Assembly: GCF_036971445.1 (NCBI RefSeq)
Contig: NC_091474.1
Span: forward strand, 50,282,001 to 50,346,000
DNA: 64,000 bases
Origin: Narcine bancroftii
Taxonomy: Eukaryota
Direction of reading: 5' to 3'
Below the pieces are notes generated by a model, which saw only the letters and a program-made list of their open reading frames with translations, made no database searches and had not been told where the DNA came from. Positions 1-12,549 of the stretch are shown piece after piece (within the stretch, counting starts at the first letter, position 1; every line of letters begins with the position of its first letter). Position numbers and translations under genes: made by a program.

Positions 1-2322
1 CATTAACAGAAATACAGAGGCTACACTGCAAGATGCAAACCACTAGTTAGGGACAGAAACAGGATGGCCAGATTACAGCTTGCCAAGAAGTATTTAAAAG
101 AACCTGCATAATTCTGGAAAAAGGTCTTATGGACAGCTGAGATCAAGATTAACCTGCATCAGAGTGATGGCAAAAGCAAAGTGTGGAACCATAAATGAAT
201 TGCCCAAGATCCAAAGCAGATCACCTTACTTGTGAAACGTGGTCTGATGGCCACAGGTACTGGTGCACTCAGCTTCATTGATGATGTAACTGCTGATGAC
301 AGTAGCAAAATAAATTCTGAGGTGTTCGGAAACATCTGATCTCCTCAAGTTCAAGCAAATGCCTCCAAACTCATTGAACAGCACTTCATCCACAGCAAGA
401 CAATGAACCCAAACATACTGCTAAAGCAACAAGGGAGTGTTTCAAAGCTAAAAACTATAAAATTGCTGAATGGCCAAGTCAGTCACCCAATCTAGAACCA
501 AAGAACCATAGAACACTACAGCAAAGAAAACAGGCCATTCAGCCCCTCTACTCTAAATCCATTTGAGCAAGCCTTCTATATCTGAAGATAAACTTTATGG
601 GGACAAGTCTCTGAAACAAGCAGGAGCTGAAGATGGTGGCATTAGAGGCCTGGAAGAGCATCACCAGAGAAGATACTCAGCACTTGTTGATGTCTATAAA
701 TAACAGACCGAGCAGTCATTGCATGCAAGGAATATGCTATAAAATACTAAAAGTGGATGAAATTGACAAGCTCATCATGGAGCTGCCTCATGTACCTTAT
801 ATGTTTGTCAACCTCATTCATTTTGCAGCCAACTGCCACTCCAATCTCAAACTCACCTGGTTCTTCTCCGACTACACTCTCCCTTTCCAGGATCTCTCAA
901 TCTCCATCTCGGGAGACAAAGTTTCCATTGACAAATATTACATACCAAGTAACTCCCACAATTATCTTGACTACACTTCCTCACACTCTGTCCCCGTAAG
1001 GATTCCATCCCCTTCTCTCAATTTCTCTGTTTCCGCTAAATCTGTTCGCAAGATGAGGTCTTCCAGTCCAGATCTTCCAAAATGTCTGTCTTCTTTCACA
1101 AATGTGACTTCCCCTCCACCACCAACAACTCAGGCCTCACCTGCATCTCCTCCATTTTCCACTCATCTATCCTGGCCCCTCTGCCCACAGAATTCCCCTT
1201 ATCCTTACCTACAACCCCACTAACCTCTGCATCCTCCAGAATTTCCAGCACCATCAGACATATCTCCCCCCTCCTCCCTTCTCTGTCTTCCATAGGGACC
1301 ACTCCCTCTGTGACTCCCTTGTACACTCTCCCTCCCCTCCAATGCGCCCCCTCCCACTGTGGCTGCAGGAGGTGTCACACCTGCCCCCACCTCCTCCCTA
1401 ACCACAGTCCAGGGCCCCAAACAGGCCTTTCAAGTGAAGCAGTACTTCACGTGTATCTGATTTACTTCATCCAGTGCTCCCTTTGTGGCCTTTTCTATGT
1501 CGGAGAAACTGGACACAGATTGGGAGATCATTTCACTGAGCACCTTCGCTTCATCCACACCAGTCACAAGACATTCCAAGGAACCACCCATTTCAGTTCT
1601 TTGTCACACTCCCACACTCGCATGGCTGACCATGGTCTTATGTACTGTCTCACCAAGACCATCTGCATATTGGAGGAACCACACCTGATTTTCTGTCTGG
1701 CCACTATCTCACCAGATGGTATTAACATCGACTTTTCTGGTTTCAGCTAGCCTGCTCTCCTCTTCCCCCCACCCTTCTCTTCCCCTTTCTAGTTCTCCTC
1801 TCTCCCTTCCCCCTTCCTTCACCCAGCCATTCCACATCCCCTTGATCTCCGCTGCTGTGCCCCTCCCTTCTCTTCCTATCTACTCCTGCATTTGCGATCA
1901 CCCCTCCCCCCACTCTTTTGTTCAGATGCCTGCCAACATTTTTCCATACCTGATAAAGGACTCAAACCCTGAAACATTGTTTATGTTTGCTTAATAATGG
2001 ACATTGCTCGACCTGCTGAGTTTTTCCAGCCTTGTGTTTTTACTTAAGTCACGATGTCTACAAATTTTACATGACTACTTTAATACACATGCCACTGCTA
2101 TACCCAAAACATTATTGTGCCCTGAAATGAGGGGACTATGTATAAAAAATGCTGTAATTTCTACATAGTCAAACCACAATGTATGCAAATACCCCTTAAT
2201 AAAATCTGGAATGTGCCCTTTAATCACATGTGAATTAATTGATTACAAATGTAAAACTGAGGAGCACAAGGGCAAATACAGGAAAAAAAGTATCTTTGTC
2301 CCATACATTATGGAGGGCACTG
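1..2322 (+). mobile_element. Tc1/mariner DNA transposon remnant (3' part of transposase plus right TIR), interrupted by a CR1 tail (~495-551) and a Penelope element (~755-2065)
   Basis: Manual translation gives Tc1 motifs: [46 protein letters not shown], and a C-terminal AVIACK..KY* near 750. It carries stops and frameshifts. It ends in a Tc1-type TIR ...TATGGAGGGCACTG (2322) followed by TA. Confidence 0.88.
755..2065 (+). mobile_element. Penelope-like retroelement fragment (RT C-terminus, GIY-YIG endonuclease, pseudo-LTR)
   Basis: ORF 1082-1750 ends with a GIY-YIG domain (LIYFIQCSLCGLFYVGETGHRLGDHFTEHL...HF...LIFCLATISPDGIN). Upstream is the RT tail (LPFQDLSI..YLDYTSSH). Downstream are a pyrimidine tract and a pLTR with a hammerhead-like core at 1950-1985. 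Confidence 0.88.
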
Positions 2323-2324
2323 TA

Positions 2325-2670
2325 TATCCCTCAGAATAATCTCTGGTAATTTAGAAAAACAGATATTTTGCTCACTTGCTAAGCTTTATCCTGCAGCCTT
2401 CCTTGAATAGAGGCACAACATTTGCCAGACTCCAGACCTCTGGCTCCTCACCTGTACTTCACGATTTCTCATAAACCTCAGCCAGAACACCAACAATTCC
2501 TTCTCTTGCTTCCAACAATGTCCTTGAATATATCTGATCAGGGGATCAGGAAATTTGTCTACCTTCATACACATCAGGACCTTCAGCACCTCTTCAACTG
2601 TAAAACTAACTGATTTCAAGACACTGCCATTGATTGCCCCATTTTCCATCCTCATGTCTTTCTCCACAGT
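2325..2670 (-). mobile_element. CR1 LINE ORF2 fragment
   Basis: ORF 2386-2667 contains EEVLKVL..MKVDKFPDP, similar to the KVDKSPGPD region of the CR1 at 7690-10520. Frameshifted. Confidence 0.75.
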
Positions 2671-2838
2671 AAAAACAGTTGTACTTGCTTGTTATAAATA
2701 AATATTAAATATTGAGAGCTAGAAACTATTTTGTTGTTATGCTAGACTAATTTTTAAAATCAATTTGTAACAGCTAACCTCTAGTTTTTATTGATTTTAT
2801 CTGTATTTACTAAGGAAATATTATTTAACTTACTCCAG

Positions 2839-3174
2839 CAGTGGTTCTCAACCTTTTTCTTTCCACTCACATACTACTTTAAGTATTCCCTATGTCATCA
2901 GTGTGAGTGGGAAGGCAAGGTTGAGAATCACTGCTCTAGACCCAATTGTTACTGAAATATTTTGCAAGAGAAAAATTGTCATTGGCCCATTTCCTTTGGA
3001 GTTATGAAAGTGTGCACATATCGAGTCAATGAGGGATGATGAAAACAGCGGTTTTCAACCTTTTTCTTTCCACCTACATACCACCTAAGCAATCCCTTTC
3101 TAATCACAGAGCACCTAAAGCATAGGGAATACTTAAAGTGGTATGAGTGATAAGAAAAAGGTTGAGAACCACTG
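2839..3174. mobile_element. hAT-type MITE with ~55-bp TIRs and a composite two-unit structure
   Basis: CAGTGGTTCTCAACCTTTTTC... (2839) is inverted as ...GAAAAAGGTTGAGAACCACTG (3174). Flanking 8-mers TACTCCAG and TATTACAG match 6/8. Extra internal TIR ends at 2933 and 3046. Confidence 0.85.
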
Positions 3175-3228
3175 TATTACAGTTTGAGCAGAAGAAATGA
3201 CAATATTTGATTTATATAAAATATAATA

Positions 3229-3455
3229 GGGTCGCACAGTTAGCACGGCAATTAGCACAACTCAATTATAGTACCAGGGAGCTGGGTTTGAATTCACTGC
3301 TGTCTGAAAGGAGTTTTACGCTCACTGCATGTCCATGTGGGTTTCCTCAGGATGCTCCAGTTTCCTGCCACATTTCAAAGAGTTACAGCGTTAGTATGTT
3401 AATTGATCACCTAGAGGTACTTGGGTGGCACAGGCTTGCTATGTCTCTAAATTAA
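3229..3455 (+). mobile_element. tRNA-derived V-SINE (HE1-like), degraded
   Basis: A/B-box-like head (GGTTTGAATTC) and V-domain GTGGGTTTCCTCAGGATGCTCCAGTTTCCTGCCACA. Homologous to five other copies in the window. Confidence 0.75.
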
Positions 3456-3599
3456 ATTATTGATAATAAACAGAGAAAGTTAAACACAAAAATAAAATCA
3501 AAAGGATACGTGAGCAAAATTAAGGATAATCCAAAGACAGAACATTTCATTCTATATTTACAGATTAGAAATATCTTAACTATCATGTTACTTCATTTT

Positions 3600-4208
3600 T
3601 CTTTTGTATGCTCACCATATTTAGTTGATAATAGTTTTTAATTGAATTATTCTCAGAAAGGGTTAATTGGAATTATATATGATAGATTATTAAAATTACA
3701 TCCAGTACTTCATGATAAGACTAAAAAGGCTTGGAAACTAGAACTTGCAAGACCTTTATCTGAGGATCTATGGGACAAGATTTTTAAACTTCTATATGTG
3801 CCCGACATTCATTAATCTAATTCAAAGTGGTGCATTGTGTTCACATGCCCAAAGATAAATTGGCCAGTATTTTTTCTAATATTAACCCTATTTGTGACAG
3901 ATGCAAAGCTGAAATTGCTACATTGACACATATGTTTTGGTTTTGTTCATCCTTAGAAAACAATTTTAAATAAATTTTTAATATCTATTCAACTATACTC
4001 CAGGTGGAGCTACGACACAAGCCAATATCTGCTCTTTTTGGGGTTACTGACCAGACATAGGGAGTTTTTATGTTCAACAGGGTGTAGCTTTCTCTACATT
4101 GTTTTCAAAAAGTCACCCTATTCAAATGGAAAGACTCTATATTTCCAACAGTGTTTCAATGGTTTTCTCATAATATGTCTTATTTAAGTTTAGAAAAAAA
4201 TTAGATAT
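3600..4208 (+). mobile_element. L1/Tx1-clade LINE ORF2 3' region, interrupted by the Gypsy element and resuming at 10703
   Basis: Translation gives FKVVH..INPICDRCKAEIATLTHMFWFC, the CCHC zinc knuckle of L1-clade ORF2. Confidence 0.75.
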
Positions 4209-7200
4209 TGTAGCAGCTGCTACACACAGAAAACACCACTAGACTCGGTGGGGTTTCCAGTAGAAATATTTATTTGAATTTCGCGCGCACCTCTTTAAGC
4301 CCAATGGGAGTTCTGCTCCACACAGCGGTGACGTCATCACGGGGCACGAGCAGTGGCCTAAGCCATGAGGCAGTAAGCCAAGACGGTGGCATCTCCTGCA
4401 GCTGCCCCGCCAGTGCGGTGGTACAAACGGGGCCGGTTTGCTTACAGTGATGTGTGCTGCCACACAACCCCCACCCTCCACCCCCAGAACTGGCCACACG
4501 TCCCGCCACTTGGGCAATCGGCCCCTCTGTTTGGGCTGTGCCATTTGCATGGGCTGGCACAAGTCCATGTGCACTGTCTTTAACCAGTCAACAGTGAAAA
4601 GTTCCTCCCTGCCCCCAATGTCCAGAGTAAAGGATTTGCCCTATCGCTGGAGGACCTTGTACGGGCCCTCGTATGGGTGCTGTGGGGGGGGGAAGGTGCT
4701 GGCCTCATCAGATGAAAACGAACTCCGCTGAGTCCAGCTCTTTGGGGACGTTCGCCGGGTGCTTACCATAGTGGGTTGGCGGGCGGTGGGGGTGTTAACG
4801 AGCCACGCTTGCTGTGGAGGTCCAAGAGAAGCGTCGGGCTCTCACCTTCCAGCCCGGCATCCACTCTGAGAAACTCCCCTGGCAGTGACAGCGTTGGATC
4901 GTAGACGAGCTCTGCAGATGACACTTGGAGGTCTTCCTTTAGAGCCGTTCATATGCCAATGGCAGCTCGTCTGCCCAGTTGGGTCCTCCCAGCCGCGTCA
5001 TGAGAGCCGCCTTGAGGTGTCGGTGGAAACTTTCTACGAGTTCATTTGCTTGGAGATGATAGGCTGTTGAGTGGTGGAGTTGAATCCCCAAGCAGCTCAC
5101 CAGATGCGCGGAGGTAAACTGGGTGTCCCTGTCACTAGTAATGTGGGCTGGGACACCGAAATGTGTAACCCAGTTGGTAAGCAGAGTTCTGACGCAGGAC
5201 TCGGTGGAAGTGTCCTTGAGGAGATGGGTTCTGGCCACCTTGTCATCCGGTCGACCATGGTCAGGAGGTAGAGGGTGTCAACGTGGATATGATCAAACCT
5301 CCTGACCGGTGGGTCGAAATGCTGTATCGGGGCTCTGACATGGTGCTGAACTTTAGATGCTTGGCAATGTGTGCAGTTCTTCACTATCTGGGCCACTTGT
5401 TTCTTTAACCCATGCCAGATGAAATGTTCTGCCACCATGCGCATCGTCGTCTTGACTGAGGGATGGATTGCCCGGAATGCTTCCTGCCTCCACTGAAGAA
5501 TGTCAGGGGGCACCACTGTCCATCGATCTATTGCTCTAGGATGCCTCCAACGGTTGTTACGAATGCATCCACAGAGAGTGCTGCATGGGCATCAGGTAAG
5601 GGGTGGGCCAGCAGGGTGGCACTCACGAAGGCAACCTTGGTCTGGATGAAAGTGGTCTCGGCCTCTCTCGACCACTCGAGTGTCTTCTGTTTATAGGCGA
5701 TCAGGGCAAACGGTGGGCGCATTAAATATGTGGCTCCCAGGATGAAAAGGTGGTAGAAGTTGACCATCCTGGTGAATTCCTGCAGGCCCTTGAGAGTGTC
5801 CGGCCTAGAGAACTGCTGTATAGCACTGATGTTGTCCTGCGACAGTTCTGCTCCATCCACAGTGATGGTATGGCCCAAAAACTGAGGCGACTCTTTCCCG
5901 AACTGGCATTTGGCCACGATGACGGTGAGGCCAAATTCCACCAGGCAGGTGAACCGTATGTGGATGTGGGTCTTGTGCTTGTCATGATCTCGACCGGTGA
6001 TAAGGATGTTGTCGAGAACAAAGTCCAAGACTCTGCCCACCGCATCCATGAGCCATTGGAAGGTTTGGGCCACGTTTTTCAGGTCAAAAAGCATCCGAAG
6101 GAATTCGAACAGGCCAAATGGGGTGACAATGGCGGTCTTGCCAATGTCATCAGGATGTACGGGGATCTGATGGTAACTCCTGAGTAAGTCGACCTTGGAG
6201 AACACCTTGGTGTCACGCAAGTTGGCCATGATGTCTTGGATGTGGGGGATGGGGTGGCGATCGGGTGTAGTTGCATCATTGAGTTAGCGGTAGTCCCCAC
6301 ACAGGCACCAACCCCCAGAGGTCTTGGGGTCCACATGCAGGGGAGATGCCCAGGGGCTGTCTGACCTACGGATAATGCCGAGCTCTTGGAGGTGGGAGAA
6401 CTCCTCTTTTGCCAACTGCAGCTTCTTGGGCGGCAGTCGTCTGGCCTTGGTATGGAGCCGAGGGCTCTGTGTAGCGATGTGGTGGCTGATGCCGTGTTGC
6501 AGCGTGGAGGCAGTGAACTGTGGCCGTGAGATGGCGGGGAACTCATCGAGGATACAGGAGTTCTCGTCCTTGGGAATGCAGACGGTTGCCATCCCTGGCC
6601 TGTGAGCATTGGTTGGCTCGAGACGGAGGGTCTGAAAGGTACGGGCATGCACAAGCCTCTTGCCCTTCATATCGGCCAGCAGGCTGTGCGCCCGAAGGAA
6701 GTTGGCCCCTAACAATGCAGTTCTCACAGTGGCCAGTAGGAGTATTTCTCCTGCCAGAGCTATAGCTGAACAGACCGTGTGCCAAAGGTCTTAATATTGG
6801 TTCCATTTGCTACCCACAGGGTCAGGCCTCGCGTGGGTCTCAAGGGTAGTCGGGGGTCCACCACATGGAGGAGGCTATTCGTGTGGCCAGCCATCGCAGC
6901 CATCAGCGGTGGCTGGCCCAGTCATTTCCCAGGTATAAGCAGGGTTGGTGGCATTTGCGAGCTTGTGCTCCCCAGTGCTGGTGATAGATACTCTAGGTCG
7001 CCTGGTGCTCCTCGATCTTCTGTCTGGAGGCAGGCTGCATTTGACTGGGTGCAGGCTGGGCAACCTGGTTCATAGTGGCCTCGTTCTCTCGCTTTGTCCA
7101 CCACAGCACATCAGCGCGGGCTATGACTTTCCTGGGATCTGATAAGTTCTCGTCCGCTACCAGGAACTGGATGTCCTCCGGCATTTGTTCGAGGAAGGCT

Positions 7201-10200
7201 TGCTCAAACATCAGGCAGAGCTTGTGACCCTCTGCCAGTGCGAGCATCTCATCCATCAACGCAGACTGGGTTCTGTCCCCCAAGCCATCGAGGTGCATCA
7301 GCCTGGCCACACACTGCCGATGTGAGAGCCCGAAGGTACTGAGAAGGAAGTTTTTGAGTGTGTTCTACTTGCCCTCCTCGGCAGGATCAAGAATCAGGTT
7401 GTCCACTCTGACTGCCATCTCTTCATCGAGGACACTCATCACATGGTAGAACATGGTCGAAACTGAGCCTCGTCCTGCCTGAATCACGTGCGGGGCCAGT
7501 GGGTCCAGAAGGGAGGAAGCTTCACTGAGTCGGCACTGATTGCCGAAGAGTCCATGTTTGGAGACCAGTTATCGTCTGGGCTCGTCGGGGTCACCAAAGT
7601 AGAGGCTGCTACACACAGAATACACCACTAGACTCGGTGGGGTTTCCAGTAGAACTGTTTATTGGAATTTCACGTACGCCCCTTTAAGGTGTGGATTGAT
7701 ACTTGGAAGTATGATGTGGTAGCGATTAGTGAGACATGGTTGCAGGAGGGATGTGATTGGCAACTGAATATCCCTGGGTTTCGTTGTTTTAGGTGTGATA
7801 GAGTCGGAGGGGCAAGAGGAGGTGGGGTTGCATTGCTTGTCAGGGAAAATATTACAGCGGTGCCTAGGAAGGATAGATTAGAGGGCACATCCACGGAGGC
7901 TATTTGGGTGGAACTGAGGAGTAGGAAAGGAGAGGTTACACTTGTAGGGGTGTATTATAGACCACCCGGAGGGGACCGAGACCTAGAGGAGCAAATCTGT
8001 AGGGAGATAGTAGATATTTGTGATAAGCACAGGGTTGTAATTATGGGAGATTTTAATTTTCCACATATAGATTGGGAAACACATTCTGTGAAAGGACTGG
8101 ATGGGTTAGAGTTTGTGAAATGTGTGCAAGATAGTTTTTTACAACAATATGTAGAGGTGCCGACCAGAGAAGGAGCAGTGTTAGATCTACTATTGGCAAA
8201 TGGGATGGGTCAAATGACGGAGGTTAGTGTTGGCGAGCACTTCGGGTCCAGTGATCATAATGCCATCAGCTTCAATGTCATTATGGAAAGAGAGAAGTCA
8301 GGGCCAAGGGTTGAGGTTTTTGATTGGGGAAAAGCTAGATTTGAGGAGATGCGAAAGGACTTGCAGGGTGTGGATTGGGACAATTTGTTTTATGGGCAGG
8401 ATGTAGTAGAGAGATGGAAGTCTTTTAAAGATCAGATGTTGAGAGTGCAAAAGCTTTATGTTCCTGTTAGGTTAAAAGGAGGGGCAAAAGGTTTGAGAGA
8501 GCCGTGGTTTTCAAGGAATATTGGAAACTTGGTTCGAAGAAAAAGGGAGGCATACATTAGATATAAGAAGCATGGAGTTAAGGGGATGTTTGAAAGATAC
8601 ATTGAATGTAAGAGGAATCTTAAGAGAGGAATTAGGAAAGCTAAAAGAAGGTACGAGGAAACTATGGCAAGCAGGGTGAAAACTAATCCAAAAGAGTTCT
8701 ACAAATATGTTAATGGTAAGAGGAAAGCTAGAGACAAAATTGGTCCCTTAGAGAATCAGAGCGGAAAACTGTGTGTGGAGCCTAGAGAAATGGGGGAGAT
8801 ATTGAACAGTTTCTTTTCTTCGGTATTCACTAAGGAGAAGGATATTGGGAGATGTGAGATAAAAAAAGCAAATTGGGTAAATATGGGGAATATAGAGATT
8901 ACAAAAGGTGTAGTTTTAAGGCTTTTGAAGAATATAAAGGTGGATAAGTCTCCGGGACCAGACGGGATCTTCCCCAGGACATTGAGAGAAGTGAAGGAGG
9001 AAATAGCAGAGGCTCTGGCGGTAATTTTCCAAATGTCATTAGATATGGGGATAGTGCCGGAGGATTGGCGCATTGCACATGTGGTTCCGTTATTTAAAAA
9101 GGGTTCAAGGAGGAAGCCTGGCAACTATCGGCCTGTAAGTTTGACGTCTGTAGTCGGTAAATTAATGGAGAAAATTCTAAGAGATAGTACTTATAAACAT
9201 CTGGATAGACAGGGTCTGATCAGGAGCACTCAACATGGATTTGTGGGAGGAAGGTCATGTTTGACCAATCTGATTGAATTTTTTGAAGAGGTGACTAGGA
9301 ATGTGGATGAGGGTAGAGTAGTGGATGTTGTCTATATGGACTTCAGTTAGGCCTTCGATAAGGTACCACATGGAAGGTTAGTTAGGAAGGTGCAGTCTTT
9401 AGGTATAAATTTTGAGATAGTCAAATGGATTGAACATTGCCTGAAAGGGAGAGGCCAGAGAGTGGTAGTGGATAATTGACTGTCAGGTTGGAGGCCGGTG
9501 ACCAGTGGTGTTCCTCAAGGATCTGTATTGGGCCCATTGTTGTTCGTTATATACATTAATGATCTAGATGATGGGGTGGTGAATTGGATTAGTAAATATG
9601 CAGACGATACTAAGATAGGTGGAATAGTGGATAATGAAGAAGGTTTTCAAGGATTGCAGAGGGATTTGGGCTGCTTAGAAAAGTGGGCTGAAAAATGGCA
9701 GATGGAATTTAATGCTGATAAGTGTGAGGTGCTTCATTTTGGTAAGAAGAATCAGAATAGGACGAACGTGGTAAATGGGAGAGCATTGAGGAATACAGAA
9801 GAGCAGAAAGATTTAGGAGTAACGGTACATTGTTCCCTGAAGGTAGAAACTCACGTGAATAGGGTGGTGAAGAAGGCTTTTAGTATGCTGGCCTTTATCA
9901 ATCATTGCATGGAATATAGGAGTTGGGAGGTGATGTTGAGATTGTATAAGACGTTGGTGCAGCCTAATTTGGAGTTCTGTGTGCAGTTCTGGTCGCCTAA
10001 TTATAGGAAGGATATAAACAGAGTGGAGAGAGTGCAGAGAAGGTTTACCAGAATGTTACCTGGGTTTAAGCATCTAGAGTATAGGGAGAGATTGGACAGA
10101 TTAGGTCTTTATTCTTTGGAGCGTAGAAGGTTGAGAGGGGATTTGATAGAAGTATTTAAGATTATGAAAGGGATAGACAGAGTGGATGTGGATAGACTAT

Positions 10201-10702
10201 TTCCATTAAGAGGAGGAAAGATTAAAACAAGAGGACATGAGTTAAGAATTAAGGGGCGGAGGTTTAGAGGTAACATGAGGGGGAACTTCTTTACTCAGAG
10301 AGTGGTAGCCGTGTGGAATGAGCTTCCGGGAGAAATAGTGGCGGCGGAGTCAATTGTATTATTTAAGAAAAGGTTGGACAGGTATATGGATGAGAAGAAG
10401 ATGGAGGGTTATGGGCATTGTGCAGGGAGGTGGGACTAGAGAGGGGTGTTTGGTTCGGTGCGGACTAGAAGGGCCTAATGGCCTGTTTCCGTGCTGTAAT
10501 TGTTATGTTAAAAAAATATGTTAAAGGCCAATGGGAGTTCCACCCCATGCAGCAGTGACGTCATCACGTGGTCCAGGGCGTGGGCAGTGGCCGAAGCCAC
10601 GAGGCCGTGAGTAAGCCCTGACGGCACCATCTTCTGCAGCTGCCCTGCCAGTGCGGCGGTACAAATGGGGTCAGTTCACATATAGCAATGTGCGCCGCCA
10701 CA
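4209..10702 (-). mobile_element. Gypsy LTR retrotransposon, both LTRs present, degraded gag-pol
   Basis: 3' LTR at 4209-4464 (TG...CA); 5' LTR at 7598-10702, split by CR1. PBS TGGTGACCCCGACG (7583-7596) is complementary to the tRNA-Trp 3' end. Purine tract next to the 3' LTR. Gag starts MDSSAISADSVKLPPFW (7555). Protease LLGANFL; RT SPWASPLH..DYR and FSKVDLLRSYHQIP..KTAIVTPFGLFEF; integrase CTHCQ, HIHVD, ITSDRD. Flanks ATAT and GTAT. Confidence 0.95.
7690..10520 (+). mobile_element. CR1 LINE, nearly complete ORF2 (APE endonuclease + RT), slightly 5'-truncated
   Basis: ORFs 7662-9350 and 9498-10439 are in the same frame, broken only by nonsense codons near 9348 and 9477. Motifs AISETW, YRPP, MGDFN, SDH, PGPDG, QHGF, GVPQGSVLGP, KYADD. 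CR1 3' UTR and tail follow; TTAA(A)GG flanks both sides inside the LTR. Confidence 0.97.
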
Positions 10703-11157
10703 GTATCATGTTTTTGATTCATCAGTGAAATTTGAAGATACATGGTGACCTTTTATGTCTTATTTTCATATGATGTAAGTGTTTCTCATGTGATTAGATG
10801 TATTTACTCTTCCAGTTGAGATATAGTTTTACTTTTGCTTTCTTTAATTTACTATAGGAACCAAAAACAATAAAATATATGTAACCCTCAGGATAAGATG
10901 CTCAGTTATTATTTTATTAGTTCTTTTTTTTATTAGAATAGGTTAGGTTTTTTTTTATACACTACTTTTATTTTCATTTTCACCCATTGCAGTGGAAGGG
11001 AATGGAGTTTATACTCAATGAAATTTAATATTAATATATTGTAGCTTTTTCGCTATATGAGCATGGAAATGTGCTGTGATACTGTATTTTCTGTTTCATT
11101 CCCTTTTCTTCATTATATTGTATTTCCTATAAAACAATAAAAAAGTGAAAAAAAGAA
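10703..11157 (+). mobile_element. L1 3' end (ORF2 C-terminus, AT-rich 3' UTR, A tail); continuation of 3600-4208
   Basis: KFEDTW.PFMSYF* typical of L1 ORF2 ends, then a T-rich UTR ending in AATAAAAAAAGTGAAAAAAG. Confidence 0.65.
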
Positions 11158-11330
11158 CATTTAATTCTAAAAGCATACTTTAAATGACTTAATTAGCAAT
11201 TAATCAAATGGATTTTTTTTAATGTAGGAAATTTGACAAGATGCAAGTGGATTTGTTTTACATAAGAATGTTAATGTAATGCCAACTCTTTTAATTCTGA
11301 GGCACATTTTCGTCATGTCACAAATCTTTT

Positions 11331-11662
11331 AGCCCCTTTCACGATGTCAATTACACGTGGATTGAACCGGGTAATTTATTGGGTCCGTACCTGATAATCG
11401 TGGGGTATGAAACATTTAAACCTGGCAAGGTAAGTTAAATTTAACTAGGCTCTGAGACTTGCTACCAGCAAGTCTCAGAGCTCAGCCGAGTTAACTCACT
11501 AAATGCCTTCTGGGGGTGTGTCACCGCTGGAGGCAGGACCCCCACCCCCTTAAAATGCTGGGTTGCTGATGAACCAGGTAAAACGTGGTGCAGTGGGAAA
11601 GGCTCCCGAGTGCAGCATGCCCAGTAAGTTTTCTTAGGAGCGTTGGCAGTATGAAAGGAGCT
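11331..11662. mobile_element. MITE, probably PIF/Harbinger type, with an internal perfect hairpin
   Basis: Termini AGCCCCTTTCAC and GTATGAAAGGAGCT are imperfect inverted repeats, with TTA on the right. 15-bp perfect stem at 11449-11463/11467-11481. Confidence 0.6.
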
Positions 11663-12549
11663 TTAAAATAATCTCTATTTGTATTATAAAACTAGACTGT
11701 TCTACATAGTTTATTCATGTGCTGCAATTTCATAAAATTATAGGGCACTAGAAAGAGCTTATTTCAAGTTAACCAAAGAATATTAACATTTTTCATTGTT
11801 AACACATTAAACATTCTCATCTATGACTGTTCCACTTCAATTAAAATAGTACACCAATATAGTATCATTCAGGAACATTAAAATTAATAACACAATAAGG
11901 CCTTTGCACCATTATTCAAAATAAACTGATCTTCTGACATTATTTCCAAACAATACATTGATGGGAATTTCAGTCAGATAAAAATTGCCTGATTTGGGGA
12001 TTTTACTTAAGTGGATTTTCATAATTTATTACATCACTAAAAGAAAATCAGTGAAATGAGAAATGATGAAATAGTATTACACAAGGCTGTAATGATGTTT
12101 TGAATGACAGCATGAATATCCTTGCTGTCTACATGATGAAGGTTCATTCCACAGTGATAAAAATTCAGACCCAATTGAGTTGGCAATAAACAAGGGCATT
12201 GCAGCATGACCAGAGGTTGCTTGAGATATGCTCATAATAAGAAAAGGCATGTGACATGTGAATGCCTCTTGATGTATATTTATTTTAAAACTACTATTTA
12301 TTTTAAATGGATTTGTTTTCTTGGTGCACCTAAACTTTGCTGTGTCGGATAATATTGAGGTCAGTGTGATTGAAAGAATACCAAAATAAGTGAATCAGTA
12401 CACACTGAAACAACAACCTCATGTCCATAATTCAAAAAAGTTAAAAATATTTTAAGAAAATGGTCTTCAACATTATTAAATGGCATTATACCTAGGTGTA
12501 AATGAGATGGACCACCTCTGATGGCAATAATATTTTTGAACACAGAAGT

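Noticed and set aside
633-1223. 196-aa ORF as a host gene
   Set aside because: Chance read-through of the Tc1 C-terminus into a frameshifted Penelope fragment.
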